NCBI GenBank assembly: GCA_964016885.1 | Contig: OZ024744.1 | Coordinates: forward strand, 110,112,001-110,176,000 | DNA from: Eledone cirrhosa | Lineage: Eukaryota | DNA: 64,000 nucleotides | Direction: 5' to 3' | Part shown: positions 14,534-27,823 of the stretch, piece after piece | Layout of the letters: every line of letters starts with the position of its first letter | Position numbering within the stretch: position 1 is the stretch's first letter | Notes under the pieces: generated by a model | Told to the model about the DNA's origin: nothing | Seen by the model: only the letters and a program-made list of their open reading frames with translations | The model's database searches: none | Made by a program: the position numbers and the translations under genes

Positions 14534-14993
14534 GTTGAATGTGTACTTCCTTGTTTTATTTTTAAGACAGTAGAGTTTCATTTGAGGGAGCTAGGTTGCT
14601 ACTACTTGCAAGCTCTACCGATTACCCAGCGGCTCTCTCGCTGGTTTTTCTAAGCTCAGTTGACGAGGTTTCAAGCCTGGCCGGAGATATCTTTTAAAGT
14701 GAGGAAAACTGTGCACTGAGCCAATCCCACTAACCCGAAAAGAAGAAAAGATCAACATTATCGGGAACTACTGAGTCACAGGTTTTATATCGGAGTTATC
14801 CCAGTTTCTGGAGTTGCCTTCTCCTAGAAGAATTCCTGACAAAGGCTAGGGGTTGAATGTGTACTTCCTTATTTTATTTTTAAGACAGTAGAGTTTCATT
14901 TGAGGGAGCTAGGTTGCTACTACTTGCAAACTCTACCGATTACCCAGCGGCTCTCTCGCTGGTTTTTCATAGCTCAGTTGACTAAGGTTTCAA
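14534..14993. repeat. ~140-bp direct duplication (14534-14673 and 14852-14992)
   Basis: gttgaatgtgtacttcctt...agctcagttgac occurs twice. Confidence 0.85.
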
Positions 14994-15151
14994 TCAATAT
15001 CACCCAAAATTCATCGACAGTATTATAGTTTAGTAATGGGTTTGTTGCTATTGTTATTAGTGGGGGGTCTTCTTGGAGAAGTAATTATGTGAGGGATCAC
15101 CTTGGAAATGTAATTATGTGAGGGATCTTCTTGGAGATGTAATTATGTGAG

Positions 15152-15336
15152 GTTGGCAGTATCGGTGGAGAGTCGGACGCCATGCTTTGAAGCATAGAGT
15201 TACGTCCCTTTACGATCTGAGTTCAAATCCCGCCGAGGTTAACTTCGCCTTTCATTCTTACGGGGGGTCGATAAAATAAAGTACCAGTAATGCACTGGAT
15301 AATTGCTGGCCTTGTGCCTAAAGTAGAAACAGTTAT
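15152..15336 (+). mobile_element. Nin/Deu-like core SINE; further copies at 18865-19049 (-), 23074-23273 (-, two partial), 34021-34260 (+, two partial) and 46714-46886 (-)
   Basis: Same sequence as the 12.4-13.2 kb copies. Confidence 0.85.
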
Positions 15337-16131
15337 CATTGTAACAACTCACACGTATGTAGGCTTAGTTGATCTTCTACAAAGTTGTATCACATCGGAG
15401 GTTTCTTAGGCAGGTGTTTTAATAATAGGGACTCTAATCATATCATAAAAAGTCTTACCCCTGGACAGGACGCCAGTCTGTAGCAAGGGTTTGCTCCCCC
15501 AGCTGCTGCTGCTGGTAGTAATTCTTTTTCAGCTGTGTGGACTGGAATGATGTGAAGCGTTGTACTCAATACTCAAGAACAACGCGCCGTTCGGTCGAGG
15601 AATCGAAACTACCAACTTATGAGCGTGAGTCCAACATGTTAACCATTAGGCCACACTCCTTAACTATGGGTAGAGTTAATCTCTATACGTCTAAACGCTC
15701 TTGTCGCTTTGGACTACGCTTTCCAGCAAAGTAGCAACAGAACATATTGGATCTTGGTTTGTTCCAACAACGAGTGTTCCAGTTCCTCAGCCAATAGAAC
15801 AGCCTGCTCAAGAAATCTATTTGCAAGTGGGTGAACATTTCCCAGACACGGGTACCCTTAACATACGTCACTGTGTGTGACGTGGCTAGCCCTATGAATT
15901 ACAGATAAAAATCATTTTGGACTCGAATAGGCTCTTTCGCTATGGGTTTGGCTTATCTCTGTGTTTGGACGTTTCTGTTGCTTCAAACTACGTTTTCCTG
16001 GACATTATAACAAAGAATCCTGGAATTGGAGTGAATAAATATACGCTCCTTAACATCATCATATAGATTTTAGCTGGAGGATGACCGATACCTCATGAGT
16101 AGAATGAGGTAGACAAAAATAATAATATGCC

Positions 16132-16217
<86 letters not shown>

Positions 16218-16271
16218 AATCCATCTTAATCTCTTTATATCTTCCGCTCACTCTCGCTCAAATATATGTAT

Positions 16272-16301
<30 letters not shown>

Positions 16302-16306
<5 letters not shown>

Positions 16307-16649
16307 AAATACAATATGTTGAAAAGGTAACACACTAGAGAGAGATAGTGCGCCGTCAATAAAACAGGGAAAACCACCAGTGTATGGAATATATAACCCA
16401 TGAAAGGCAGAGTAGACACACAATAATAAAAAATATAAATTAAAATGTATATACGCACCTCTATAACTGTATAACATATAGAGGTGCGTATATAGTTATA
16501 GAGTGCGTATATACATTTTAATTTATATTTTTAATTATTGTGTGTCTACTCTGCCTTTCATGGGTTATAGATTCCATACACTGGTGGTTTTCCCTGTTTT
16601 ATTGATGGCACACTATCTCTCTCTAGTGTGTTACCTTTTCAACATATTG

Positions 16650-16660
<11 letters not shown>
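16302..16660. repeat. Fold-back inverted repeat (~170-bp arms) between microsatellites
   Basis: 16302-16480 is the reverse complement of 16492-16660 with a few mismatches; the turn region is reiterated. Confidence 0.9.
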
Positions 16661-16679
<19 letters not shown>

Positions 16680-16680
<1 letters not shown>

Positions 16681-17260
16681 AATTGAAACAAAATGAAAAC
16701 GAAATTTCATTTCTCACTCTTAGTATGGCACTTACTTAAATGTAAGTATGCATGTATACGTACATACATATATGTATACAGACGTACAGTAGCATGCACA
16801 TATATATATATATATACATATATATATACATATGCATACAGGTACACATACATATATGCACGTATCAGTTTAGCGGCGCTTATTATAACGTCGCTTTGTT
16901 CGTTTGTAAACAAACTGAACAGCCTGAATTTATGCCATACGGTGTTAAGGCAACCACGTCACCTTTTTGTTCAACACTGACACAGGAACGATGTACTAGT
17001 TTCAAGCTTGTTAGCTATCATCAGCACCGTTTACCCATCTGCCAGATAGTTGAACGTTCGAAAGTATATACTTTCCTTATGAAAATTAACGGCTGAGCAG
17101 CCTAATTTGCATATTGAGTGAGTTAAATCGGTCAGGCATACCGAAAACGATAAATTGAAACAAAATGAAAACGAAATTTCATTTCTCACTCTTAGTATGG
17201 CACTTACTTAAATGTAAGTATGCATGTATACGTACATACATATATGTATACAGACGTACA
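16680..17260 (-). mobile_element. HHR-bearing non-coding family E: one unit plus a partial tandem unit; also 24522-25072 (+)
   Basis: HHR at 16988-17030 (-): GGTG CTGATGA t AGCT aaca AGCT t GAAA CTAG TA CATC; 16680-16790 repeats at 17151-17260; intact HHR at 24775-24817 (+). Confidence 0.8.
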
Positions 17261-17691
17261 TTCAATTTATCGGCATTAAAGTTTACCTCAGTGGGATTTG
17301 TATACAAATGGCTCCTTAAAGATATAAAATGTCATGCTGTTTAGCCTCATGTCAACCAGTGATCAATCAGAGCTATGATCAAAAGCATTCCAGCCATGAG
17401 CATCCCGTCTTCTATTCAAATAGTATATCTAATATGTCAATATAAAGTATTGTGTCATACAATTAAAAAGAAAAAAAAAAGAAATTATTGGTGAAGCTTA
17501 CTTGGCTGCAAAGTTTCAATTTTGAGCACACTCAAGGTAGGCGTTACAATTAGGCTGATGAGGCAACCGTCTAGTGCACACACCTCAGAAATATTCATTA
17601 CTGATTCTTAAAGGAATACACTTTTATACGAGGAGGTAGGTACATTACTGAACCATAACGGATTAAAGTTGTATACAGATTTGTATAATCT

Positions 17692-18159
17692 CTCTATATA
17701 AAATCCTTTGGCTCTATGTCTGTTTGTCTTTTCCTTATGCACTCCTAAACGGCTCGACCAAATCAAATCAATTTTACAAGGTAAACACAAGTGCCAACAT
17801 AAATTTTTTTATTTTCATTTGGATTAAAACAATATAACACTTTATCTACAATTACCTATTATAGTCAACTATAAATAAACGGATATTTTATAACACAACG
17901 ACGACGTCACATTTTGTATATGAGTGTGTATGTGTCTGTGGGTGTTTGTGTGTTTGCATGTTTGTTACGCATGTTACAACTTAGTAAGTTACATACACAC
18001 ACACATCTTCATTTAAATACTTAATCAGATACACAGAGATTCCGACGCTGGTTTACACACACATACACACGCGCTCGCACACACAGACACACACACAGAC
18101 ACACACACACAGACACACAGACACACAGACACAGACACAGACACAGACACACACACACA

Positions 18160-18254
<95 letters not shown>

Positions 18255-18854
18255 TTATACACATTTACATACAATTATCTATATATATATCTACATATAA
18301 TATAAAATATTGGAACTTCCATCATCCTTTTGAGAAACGTGGACCCGCTACTTCTATGCAATGACACACACTTTATAACCAGGAGGATAATGAACCATCT
18401 CCTAGAGGTCACTATTCTTGGAGGCAATCATCAAGGAGAAAATGCATTTATTCCCAAGATTCCTCTTTCCCCTTCCCCTACCGAGCTGCCATTCAAATTC
18501 TCAAGACTTCAGTTCCCTGTTAGAACCAGTTTTGCTAAGTTCGTATATAAAGTTCAGGCTCAGAGTTTCACAGTTGTAGAATTGAATACAAGAGAACCAC
18601 TTTTTAGCCATGGACAGTTATATGTAGGTTGTTCACAAGTGGAAACACCTAGAAGTCTTCATATATTATGCAGGAACAGTAAAATGAAGTATCTGGTGTA
18701 TCTGGAAGATATGTTTACTGTTTATTTTCTTATAACACACACACCACGGTCTCGCCTCATACTGTAGACCGTACAAACATCCAATAGTCATTTTCTCTTC
18801 TACCTGTCTTAACTTATCATCTGTTTACCCGGGCGAAGCTGGGTACGTCAGCTA
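17692..18854 (+). mobile_element. Helitron of a second family, with a PIF1 helicase C-terminal remnant (18330-18710)
   Basis: 5' TCTATATAAAA; LRNVDPLLLCNDT..FIPKIPL..LPFKFSRLQFPVR..FSHGQLYVGCS; 3' hairpin ACCCGG..CTGGGT followed by CTAC. The 5' boundary is uncertain. Confidence 0.8.
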
Positions 18855-20189
18855 CTTAAATATATAATTGTTTCTATTTTTGGCACAAGGCTTGCAATTA
18901 TTCCAGTGCATTACTGGTACTTTATTTTACCGACCCCGTAAGGATGAAAGGCAAAGTTAACCTCGGTGGGATTTGAACTCAGACCGTAAAGGGATGTAAC
19001 TATGCTGGAAAGCATGGCGTCCGACCCTCTACCGATACTGCCAATTCACCTCTTAAATATATAATGAAAATGTCCCAAACGCAGAAAATAACTGTAACAG
19101 CAGTCAACCATTAAATGGTTAAAGAAATTAGGTAAATTACCTTTAGAGACAGAAAAAAAGTCGACAGAGGCACTTTTGTCCACTTGTCTCGTCTCTTAAC
19201 GCCATTTGTTCAATTTTCTCATCTATTATCTAATTGACTGTAATTTTTTTTGCGTATGGAACTCTCACATTTCTAAAAATTTCAAATTCTACACATTTCC
19301 AGCACTTCGAAAATTCATTAGGTTTGTTTATATTTATAATACTTTTCTTCGATCAATAACTAAATCACTAATCATCTTTACCGCGTTATGGAAATATAAA
19401 AAAAACATTGGAAAGAGTCATGTGGTATTATGATGTGTCATATGATTTGGTATGGGTGAAAGCGGACAATGTAGTATAAAATACAGGTTTAGTAATTTTC
19501 TCAGTGTCAAAATGTCAAAAAGTAGGTTTGTCAGCTTACCAAACTGTAAGTTATTTGAGAGAATTTGGGCACATAACTAGAAGAAATTGTAGGGTTAATC
19601 AAGGGTGTTAAATACCTAGGCAGTGGCTTCGAGTATACTTCTATCTTTCCCTTTACTTCCTACCAGTCTCAAAGGCACTGAAAAGGGTTACGTGCACTGC
19701 ATTACCTTCCCCGAATAAACATAAACAGTAGTTTTTTTTAAAGGGTGTTTGAGGAATATTTTGGCTGTTTTTTCTAGCAGGTGGAACTAAAGAATGAATG
19801 AGATTTCCTTTTATTGATAGAGGCTCGCCGTATATCTGTCAGTCCAGCAGGCAGTCAAGCTACGGGCTGTACACTGTGTTAGACTGATAAATTACTTATT
19901 AACCTAAATAGATAACACACTCACACACACATGCATACAGGCGCACACACACACACACTCACACATACACACACGCGCGCGCACGCACACACACACACAA
20001 ACACAGAAACACACACACACGCACGCACACACACGCACACGCGCGCACGCACACACACACACACACACACACGCACACATTTGTGCATGCGTATGTATGC
20101 GTGTATATATGTGTGTATGTATGTGTGTGTATGTACGTGTGTATATATGTTTGATTGTGTGTATGTATGTATATATGTGTATATATGTG

Positions 20190-20257
<68 letters not shown>

Positions 20258-20629
20258 TGTGTGTGTGCATGTATGTGTATTTGTGTGTATGTGTATGTAT
20301 GGATATGTTGATATATATGTGTGTATGTATGTATGTGTATATGTATGTGTATGTAGATATATATATATATATGTGTGTGTGTATGTATGTGTATATATAT
20401 GTGTATGTATATATGTGTGTGTATGTACTTGTGTGTGTGCATGTGTGTTTATTTTTCCTTTCCTTCTTCCTTTTCCAGCCTCACTTTCATATAGATTATA
20501 TTTTTGTTTTTAAAATCCGATGTCAATAAAAACACCAGGATTTTTTCATTCTGATCATTGAAAGCAAAATTTGTTTGCTTTTAGAAACCACTGGTAAATG
20601 AAATAATTGCCTTATGTTGTTTATTACAT

Positions 20630-20715
<86 letters not shown>

Positions 20716-20732
20716 CATATATATATATATAT

Positions 20733-20890
20733 AATAAATGTAAGCTATCGCCGTATTTTGACTAAAGAAATTAATGAAAATTATTTAGCCTGATAGTGGG
20801 GTTAAGAACCCTCAGAGAAATAGAAAATTCGGCGATAGCTTACATTTATAATTTCAAACTCGCTCGCTGTTTCGAAAATATTCTTACATA
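20733..20890 (+). mobile_element. Short fold-back element sharing its tail with the tRNA-headed palindrome at 41484-41905
   Basis: taaatgtaagctatcgccg / cggcgatagcttacattta inverted pair; shared tagcctgatagtgggg..aaccctc.gagaaat and tttcaaactcgc...cttaca. Confidence 0.75.
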
Positions 20891-20917
20891 TATATATATA
20901 GCCCTGGTTTCTGTTGA

Positions 20918-20999
20918 GCTCTGCTGATGAATGAAATTCCAACCGTGACCATCTCTACTGAAAGTTTTCATGAAATAGTCTTTTAAGACTATACAGAGC
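20918..20999 (+). ncRNA. Type-I hammerhead ribozyme with a full stem III (second copy 8741-8821, -)
   Basis: GCTCTG CTGATGA ATGAAA [long loop] TTTCAT GAAA TAGTCTT tt AAGACTA TA CAGAGC; all three stems pair. Confidence 0.88.
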
Positions 21000-21249
21000 A
21001 TTTGATGTTATTCCAAATTGAAGGATAAGTGTTTCAAACTTTATTTTATCATGAGTTAAAGGTCTATAGATTTTTCCCTGGATTTTACTAAATTCTGTGG
21101 ATGAATTTATATCCTGATTCTCTTTTGAGATGAGTTTGAGTTATTTTTCCTAAATCTTTCGTTAACTACTTTTCCCATCTTGACGTTATAGTCGCATATA
21201 TGTTATAGAATGCCGTTAGCTTCTTGCTAAAACAATCTCTATACCTCTC

Positions 21250-22831
<1,582 letters not shown>

Positions 22832-24283
22832 TCGGGTCTATTCGAGGTAGAATGAACTCTAAGGTAATTTTACACTGCCAAGCATTAATAACCTGTTTCT
22901 TTACAAGGGACTCAGTCAGACAGACAAACAGACAGCTTTATCACCTCACCACGTCATGTACGCAACATACGTCCCCCTTACACCCACGTACACCTTAGCT
23001 ATACACACACATCCACCCACACATACAGGCATACTAATAACATCAGATACGTACATTTCATCTTTCTTATTATATAATTGTTTCTACTTTAGGCACAAGG
23101 CCAGCAAATTACATAGTACATTACTGGTACTTTATTTTATCGACCCCGCAAGGATGAAAGGCAAAATTAACCTCAAAGTTAACAGTTCCTAAATAATAAT
23201 TGTTTCTACTTTAGGCACAAGGCCAGCAAATTAACCAGTGCATTACTGGTACTTTATTTAATCGACCCCGTAAACAATATATCATCTCCCAACTTCCCCA
23301 GTCAGTCCTTGGTGTGCCTCTCTAAATGTCCCACCTGTGCAGTCGATGAGGCGTCACACTAGACGATTTCACAGACAGAAATTGTCCCTGAGCCCTATCC
23401 TCCCCTAAAGGTGGCGGAGTTGGTACCTGGCCAGTCGTTGATGTTGTCAGACCAGGATTTGGGGACCCAAGTTGCCGATCTCCTCGCTTGATTCCTAAAA
23501 AAACTCAAGTGAACAAGAACCTGAGACAGTCTCATATGCAAGAGGAAGAAGATGACTTTAGAAGCAGCCAAACACACCATAAAATATTATAATGTACTAT
23601 ATGCCCCCCCCCCCCCCTCTCTCTATCTATATATATTTTATCGTAAACTCGTGCGCCGATTTTTCGATACTCGATTATTCTACTATATTTAGCTCTAGAC
23701 TTAGCTATTGACCAGTTAATTTTATTGTTCATTTTTTTGTCGATTCTATTAAATGATGGATAGCTCCTGTTTATTTTAACATGTCTATTGAGCACTCTTA
23801 TTCGATATGTGATTTCCCACATTTCCGAATATCTTTCGCGGATATAGAGGTTATCTCCCTTGCTGGACACCATGTGCGTCTCAACTAGGGTTGGCTTTTT
23901 TATTCGTTTGGACAAAGCCCGTTGATAAAATATTCCCGTCCGCCGCTCTCTAGAAGTCTTATATATTTTTATGTGGGCTGATAGGGGGCGGATTAAGGAA
24001 TTACAGAAACCCAAGAAGCTAGATTTACCATCTTTCTAGTGGGTCCGGGTAAGCTTTTTACATTCATATGATTTATTGATTTATTGATATTTTATCTGAG
24101 TGACCAGAATCTTCCTGATCGTAATTTTTCGGTCGCATGGGTGATTTTAGACATAATCTTTGTGTGTTGGTATTTTAACGATAGTTATAGCTCTGATTTA
24201 TCTGAATTATTGAGCCCTCTGCCACTCATGTCGAATTTGTTTATCGTAAACTCGTGAGCCGACTTTTCGATACTCGATTATTC

Positions 24284-24340
<57 letters not shown>

Positions 24341-24343
<3 letters not shown>

Positions 24344-24522
24344 GATATTAACAAATGGAAACTATATTTATAAAACCATATTTATTTCATTATACATATT
24401 TCAAGGACACCAAGTTAAATTATGGTGTGCTTTCATCAGATAAAATATAATATATAGATCAGTTTTATAAATAAATATTGACATACCCTTAAACAATGCA
24501 ACCATTACTGTTGGAAGCTCCC
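24341..24522 (-). mobile_element. HHR-bearing tail family G; also 34358-34520, 37085-37546 and 40285-40665
   Basis: Minus: tattttat CTGATGA AAGcACACCA..TGGTGTcCTT GAAA TATGTA TA atgaaata. Confidence 0.8.
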
Positions 24523-25083
24523 ATGTGTGCATGTATGTATATATATATATATACATACTACTGTACGTCTGTATACATATATGTATGTAGGTGTACATAC
24601 TTATATTTAAGTAACAGCCGTACTAAGAGTGGGAAATGAAATTTCGTTTCTTTTTTCCGTTTATCGTTTTCGGTGCACCCGGCCGATTAACCCACTCGAT
24701 ATGCAAATTGAGCTACTCAGCCGTTAATATGCATAAGGTAAGTATATACGTTCAACAATCTGGCAGGAAGGTATACGTTGCTGACGATAGCTAATAAGCT
24801 TGAAACTAGTACAGCGTTCCTTTGTCAGTGTTGAACAAACGAGCAACGATGGTTGCTAGACACTACGGCTTAATACGGGATGTTTGTTTACAAACACACC
24901 GAGCATTATAATAAATGTTCGGTGAATCCATACGTACATATATATATATGTGTGCATGTATGTATATATGTATACGTCTGTATACATATATATATGTACG
25001 TGTACATACTTATATTTAAGTAACAGCCGTACTAAGAGTGGGAAATGAAATTTCGTTTCATTTTTTCCGTTTTACACACACAC

Positions 25084-25197
<114 letters not shown>

Positions 25198-25252
25198 GTG
25201 AGGTTTTTTTTACAAAATGAAAAATAACCGAGGTGTCCTACACGAGTGGAAG

Positions 25253-25497
25253 TATAAAGAAAAAGGGATGAAATCGAAAATGCAACTGAAGTCTTATTTT
25301 TAAAAAAAATATATATATTTATTTGGTTCCTTTACCGGTTTCGCAGTTCTTCCGATGTGAGAAAAACCACAGACCCTCCATCTCAACTCACCTTTTGAAA
25401 AGCGGAAGAACTGCGAAACCGGTAAAGGAACCAAATAAATATATATATTTTTTTAAAAAATAAGACTTCAGTTGCATTTTCGATTCCATCCCTTTTT

Positions 25498-25503
<6 letters not shown>
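25253..25503. repeat. Fold-back inverted repeat (~100-bp arms, 48-bp spacer) containing a core-mutated HHR (25391-25428, +)
   Basis: CCTT ttgaaaa GCGG aagaa CTGC GAAA CCGG TA AAGG; the left arm stops inside stem II. Confidence 0.85.
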
Positions 25504-25559
<56 letters not shown>

Positions 25560-26478
25560 CGTGCCTCGAGCTGGTCGCCCGAGAAACATTTGTAACATGT
25601 GCAATAAATTCCTTTTGTAGCAACACTGATTCTCTTTTTTTCGGTGATATCATACTCTGCTCTACGAGGGCATTGAGCGCTCATACGGCCTACCGCATAC
25701 GGACGCTTTAATGCTTATTTTCATTGATCATTTGCTCCAGGAACTTGTTGAGTGCTCTAAATCAGCTATATACATTTATACCCTTTTCTAATTATTTATT
25801 TATTTATTATTTGTCGTATTCCCAACTTTTTATTTTTATATATATATATTATTTATGTATTTTCTTATATATATATATATCTGTGTGTGTATGTGTGTAT
25901 CTGTATTTGTATATATATGTGTGTGTATGTGTATATATATATATATATATGTATGTATATATATCTATATTTAAGAGTTAAACAAGGTTCATATGAATAC
26001 ATCTAAGAATGAGTTTTACACACATACATATGTGTGTGTATGTATTTGTATGTATGTGTTTGTGTATATGTATGTATATGTGTGTATATATATATGTATA
26101 TAAGTGTGTGTGTATATGCGTATGTATGTGTATATGTAATTGTATATGTATGTGTATGTGTGAGAGTGTGTGTATGTATTTATGTTTACGTATGTATGTG
26201 TATGTGCAATTGTGTGTATTGCTTACCACGTGTGTTTGTACATTTATCTGTTGCCTGTATCGCTGTCAACACTATAATAATTTTTATATTCATTGTTATT
26301 CTTATGTGACGGTATTTTTATTATTATATTTTTTCTTATAACTATTTGTGTGTGTGCGTATGTAGGTGTGTGTACATATATCTATATTTGTGCATGCGTA
26401 TGTATGCGTGTATATATGTGTGTAAGTATGTGTGTGTATGTACGTGTGTATATATGTATGATTGTGTGTATGTATGTA

Positions 26479-26556
<78 letters not shown>

Positions 26557-26597
26557 TACATACATACACACAATCATACATATATACACACGTACAT

Positions 26598-26648
<51 letters not shown>

Positions 26649-26941
26649 TGTGTGTGTGCCTGTATGTGTATTTGTGTGTATGTGTATGTATGGATATGTT
26701 GATATATATGTATGTATGTATGTGTATATGTATTTGTATGTAGATATATATATATATGTGTGTGTATGTATGTGTATATATATGTGTATGTATATATATG
26801 TGTGTGTATGTACTTGTGTGTGTCTGTGTGTGTGTGTGCATGTGTGTTTATTTTTCCTTTCCTTCCTTTTCCAGCCTCACTTTCATATAGATTATATTTT
26901 TGTTTTAAAATCCAATGTTAATAAATACACCAGGACTTTTC

Positions 26942-26996
26942 CATTCTGATGATTGAAAGCTAAATTTGTTTGCTTTTAGAAACCACTGGTAAATGA
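26942..26996 (+). ncRNA. Family-D hammerhead ribozyme (variants at 10002-10057 -, 10247-10301 +, 20546-20602 +, 37601-37657 -, 38603-38658 +, 41301-41357 +)
   Basis: CATT CTGATGA TTGAAAGC..GCTTTTA GAAA CCACTGG TA AATG; long stem II, short stem III. Confidence 0.82.
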
Positions 26997-27023
26997 AATA
27001 ATTACCTTATGTTGTTTATTACA

Positions 27024-27064
<41 letters not shown>

Positions 27065-27198
27065 ATAATAATAAAATTGAAGACTAAAATCCAAAGAGGG
27101 CTCGATAAGGAAAATATATATCAAATATATAAGAACCGTAGAGCAAATATTTATTAAGGATGAAAGCAGCGATTCTTTGCTTGAACTTTAATCTGTTA

Positions 27199-27245
<47 letters not shown>

Positions 27246-27496
27246 TAGCGAGGTTTTTTATATGAAATCGTGTGTCGAAACAGATATTGTTATATTTGGA
27301 GAGGGTCATATTTGCGTAATATTGCCAGAATTAATAACAGAACACACTCACTGTTTGGTTGGTTTTCGCTTCTCGTTGTCTTTTATATCTGCGATCTAAC
27401 TTACTCGGTCCTCAATGTTGTCATTGACTGACCGGCGGTCAAAAATAATACAGATACAATATAGACACAAACACATATATATAGTTTACATAATTT

Positions 27497-27536
27497 ACAT
27501 AAATCTTTCGTTGCACATCTGCAACATCGTCAGTGG
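27497..27536 (-). ncRNA. Minimal hammerhead ribozyme in the PLE 3' region
   Basis: ca CTGACGA t GTTGCA gatg TGCAAC GAAA gatt TA tg; stem I is weak. Confidence 0.72.
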
Positions 27537-27823
27537 TGTTATATTCATTGTTCCTCCTGTTGTGTTGTATGTCTACGCCATTTTTTATTCAGTCTGTCTA
27601 TATATTTATTTATTTATTTGCTTGTTTGTTTATCTTATTTTATTTTGTCTTCTTTGCGCATGCGTTTGCGTGTGTGTATAGTGTTATGTGTGATGTGTGA
27701 CTAGTGTGTATAGTGTTGTGTCTGCTGGGTGACTAGTGTGTGTTTATGTGCTTGTTGTTATTGTGCTTGTGTATGTATTTATTTATCTTATTTTATTTTA
27801 TTTTATTTACTTATTTATACTTC

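Noticed and set aside
17554-17600. HHR-like CTGATGA...GAAA
   Set aside because: I could not form consistent stems I, II and III.
23532-24014. 160-aa ORF as a host gene
   Set aside because: No ATG start or recognisable domain; it overlaps a dispersed repeat and a poly-C run.
26946-26958. Hammerhead lacking stem II (CTGATGA-TT-GAAA)
   Set aside because: That GAAA is part of the long stem II; the catalytic GAAA lies about 25 nt downstream.
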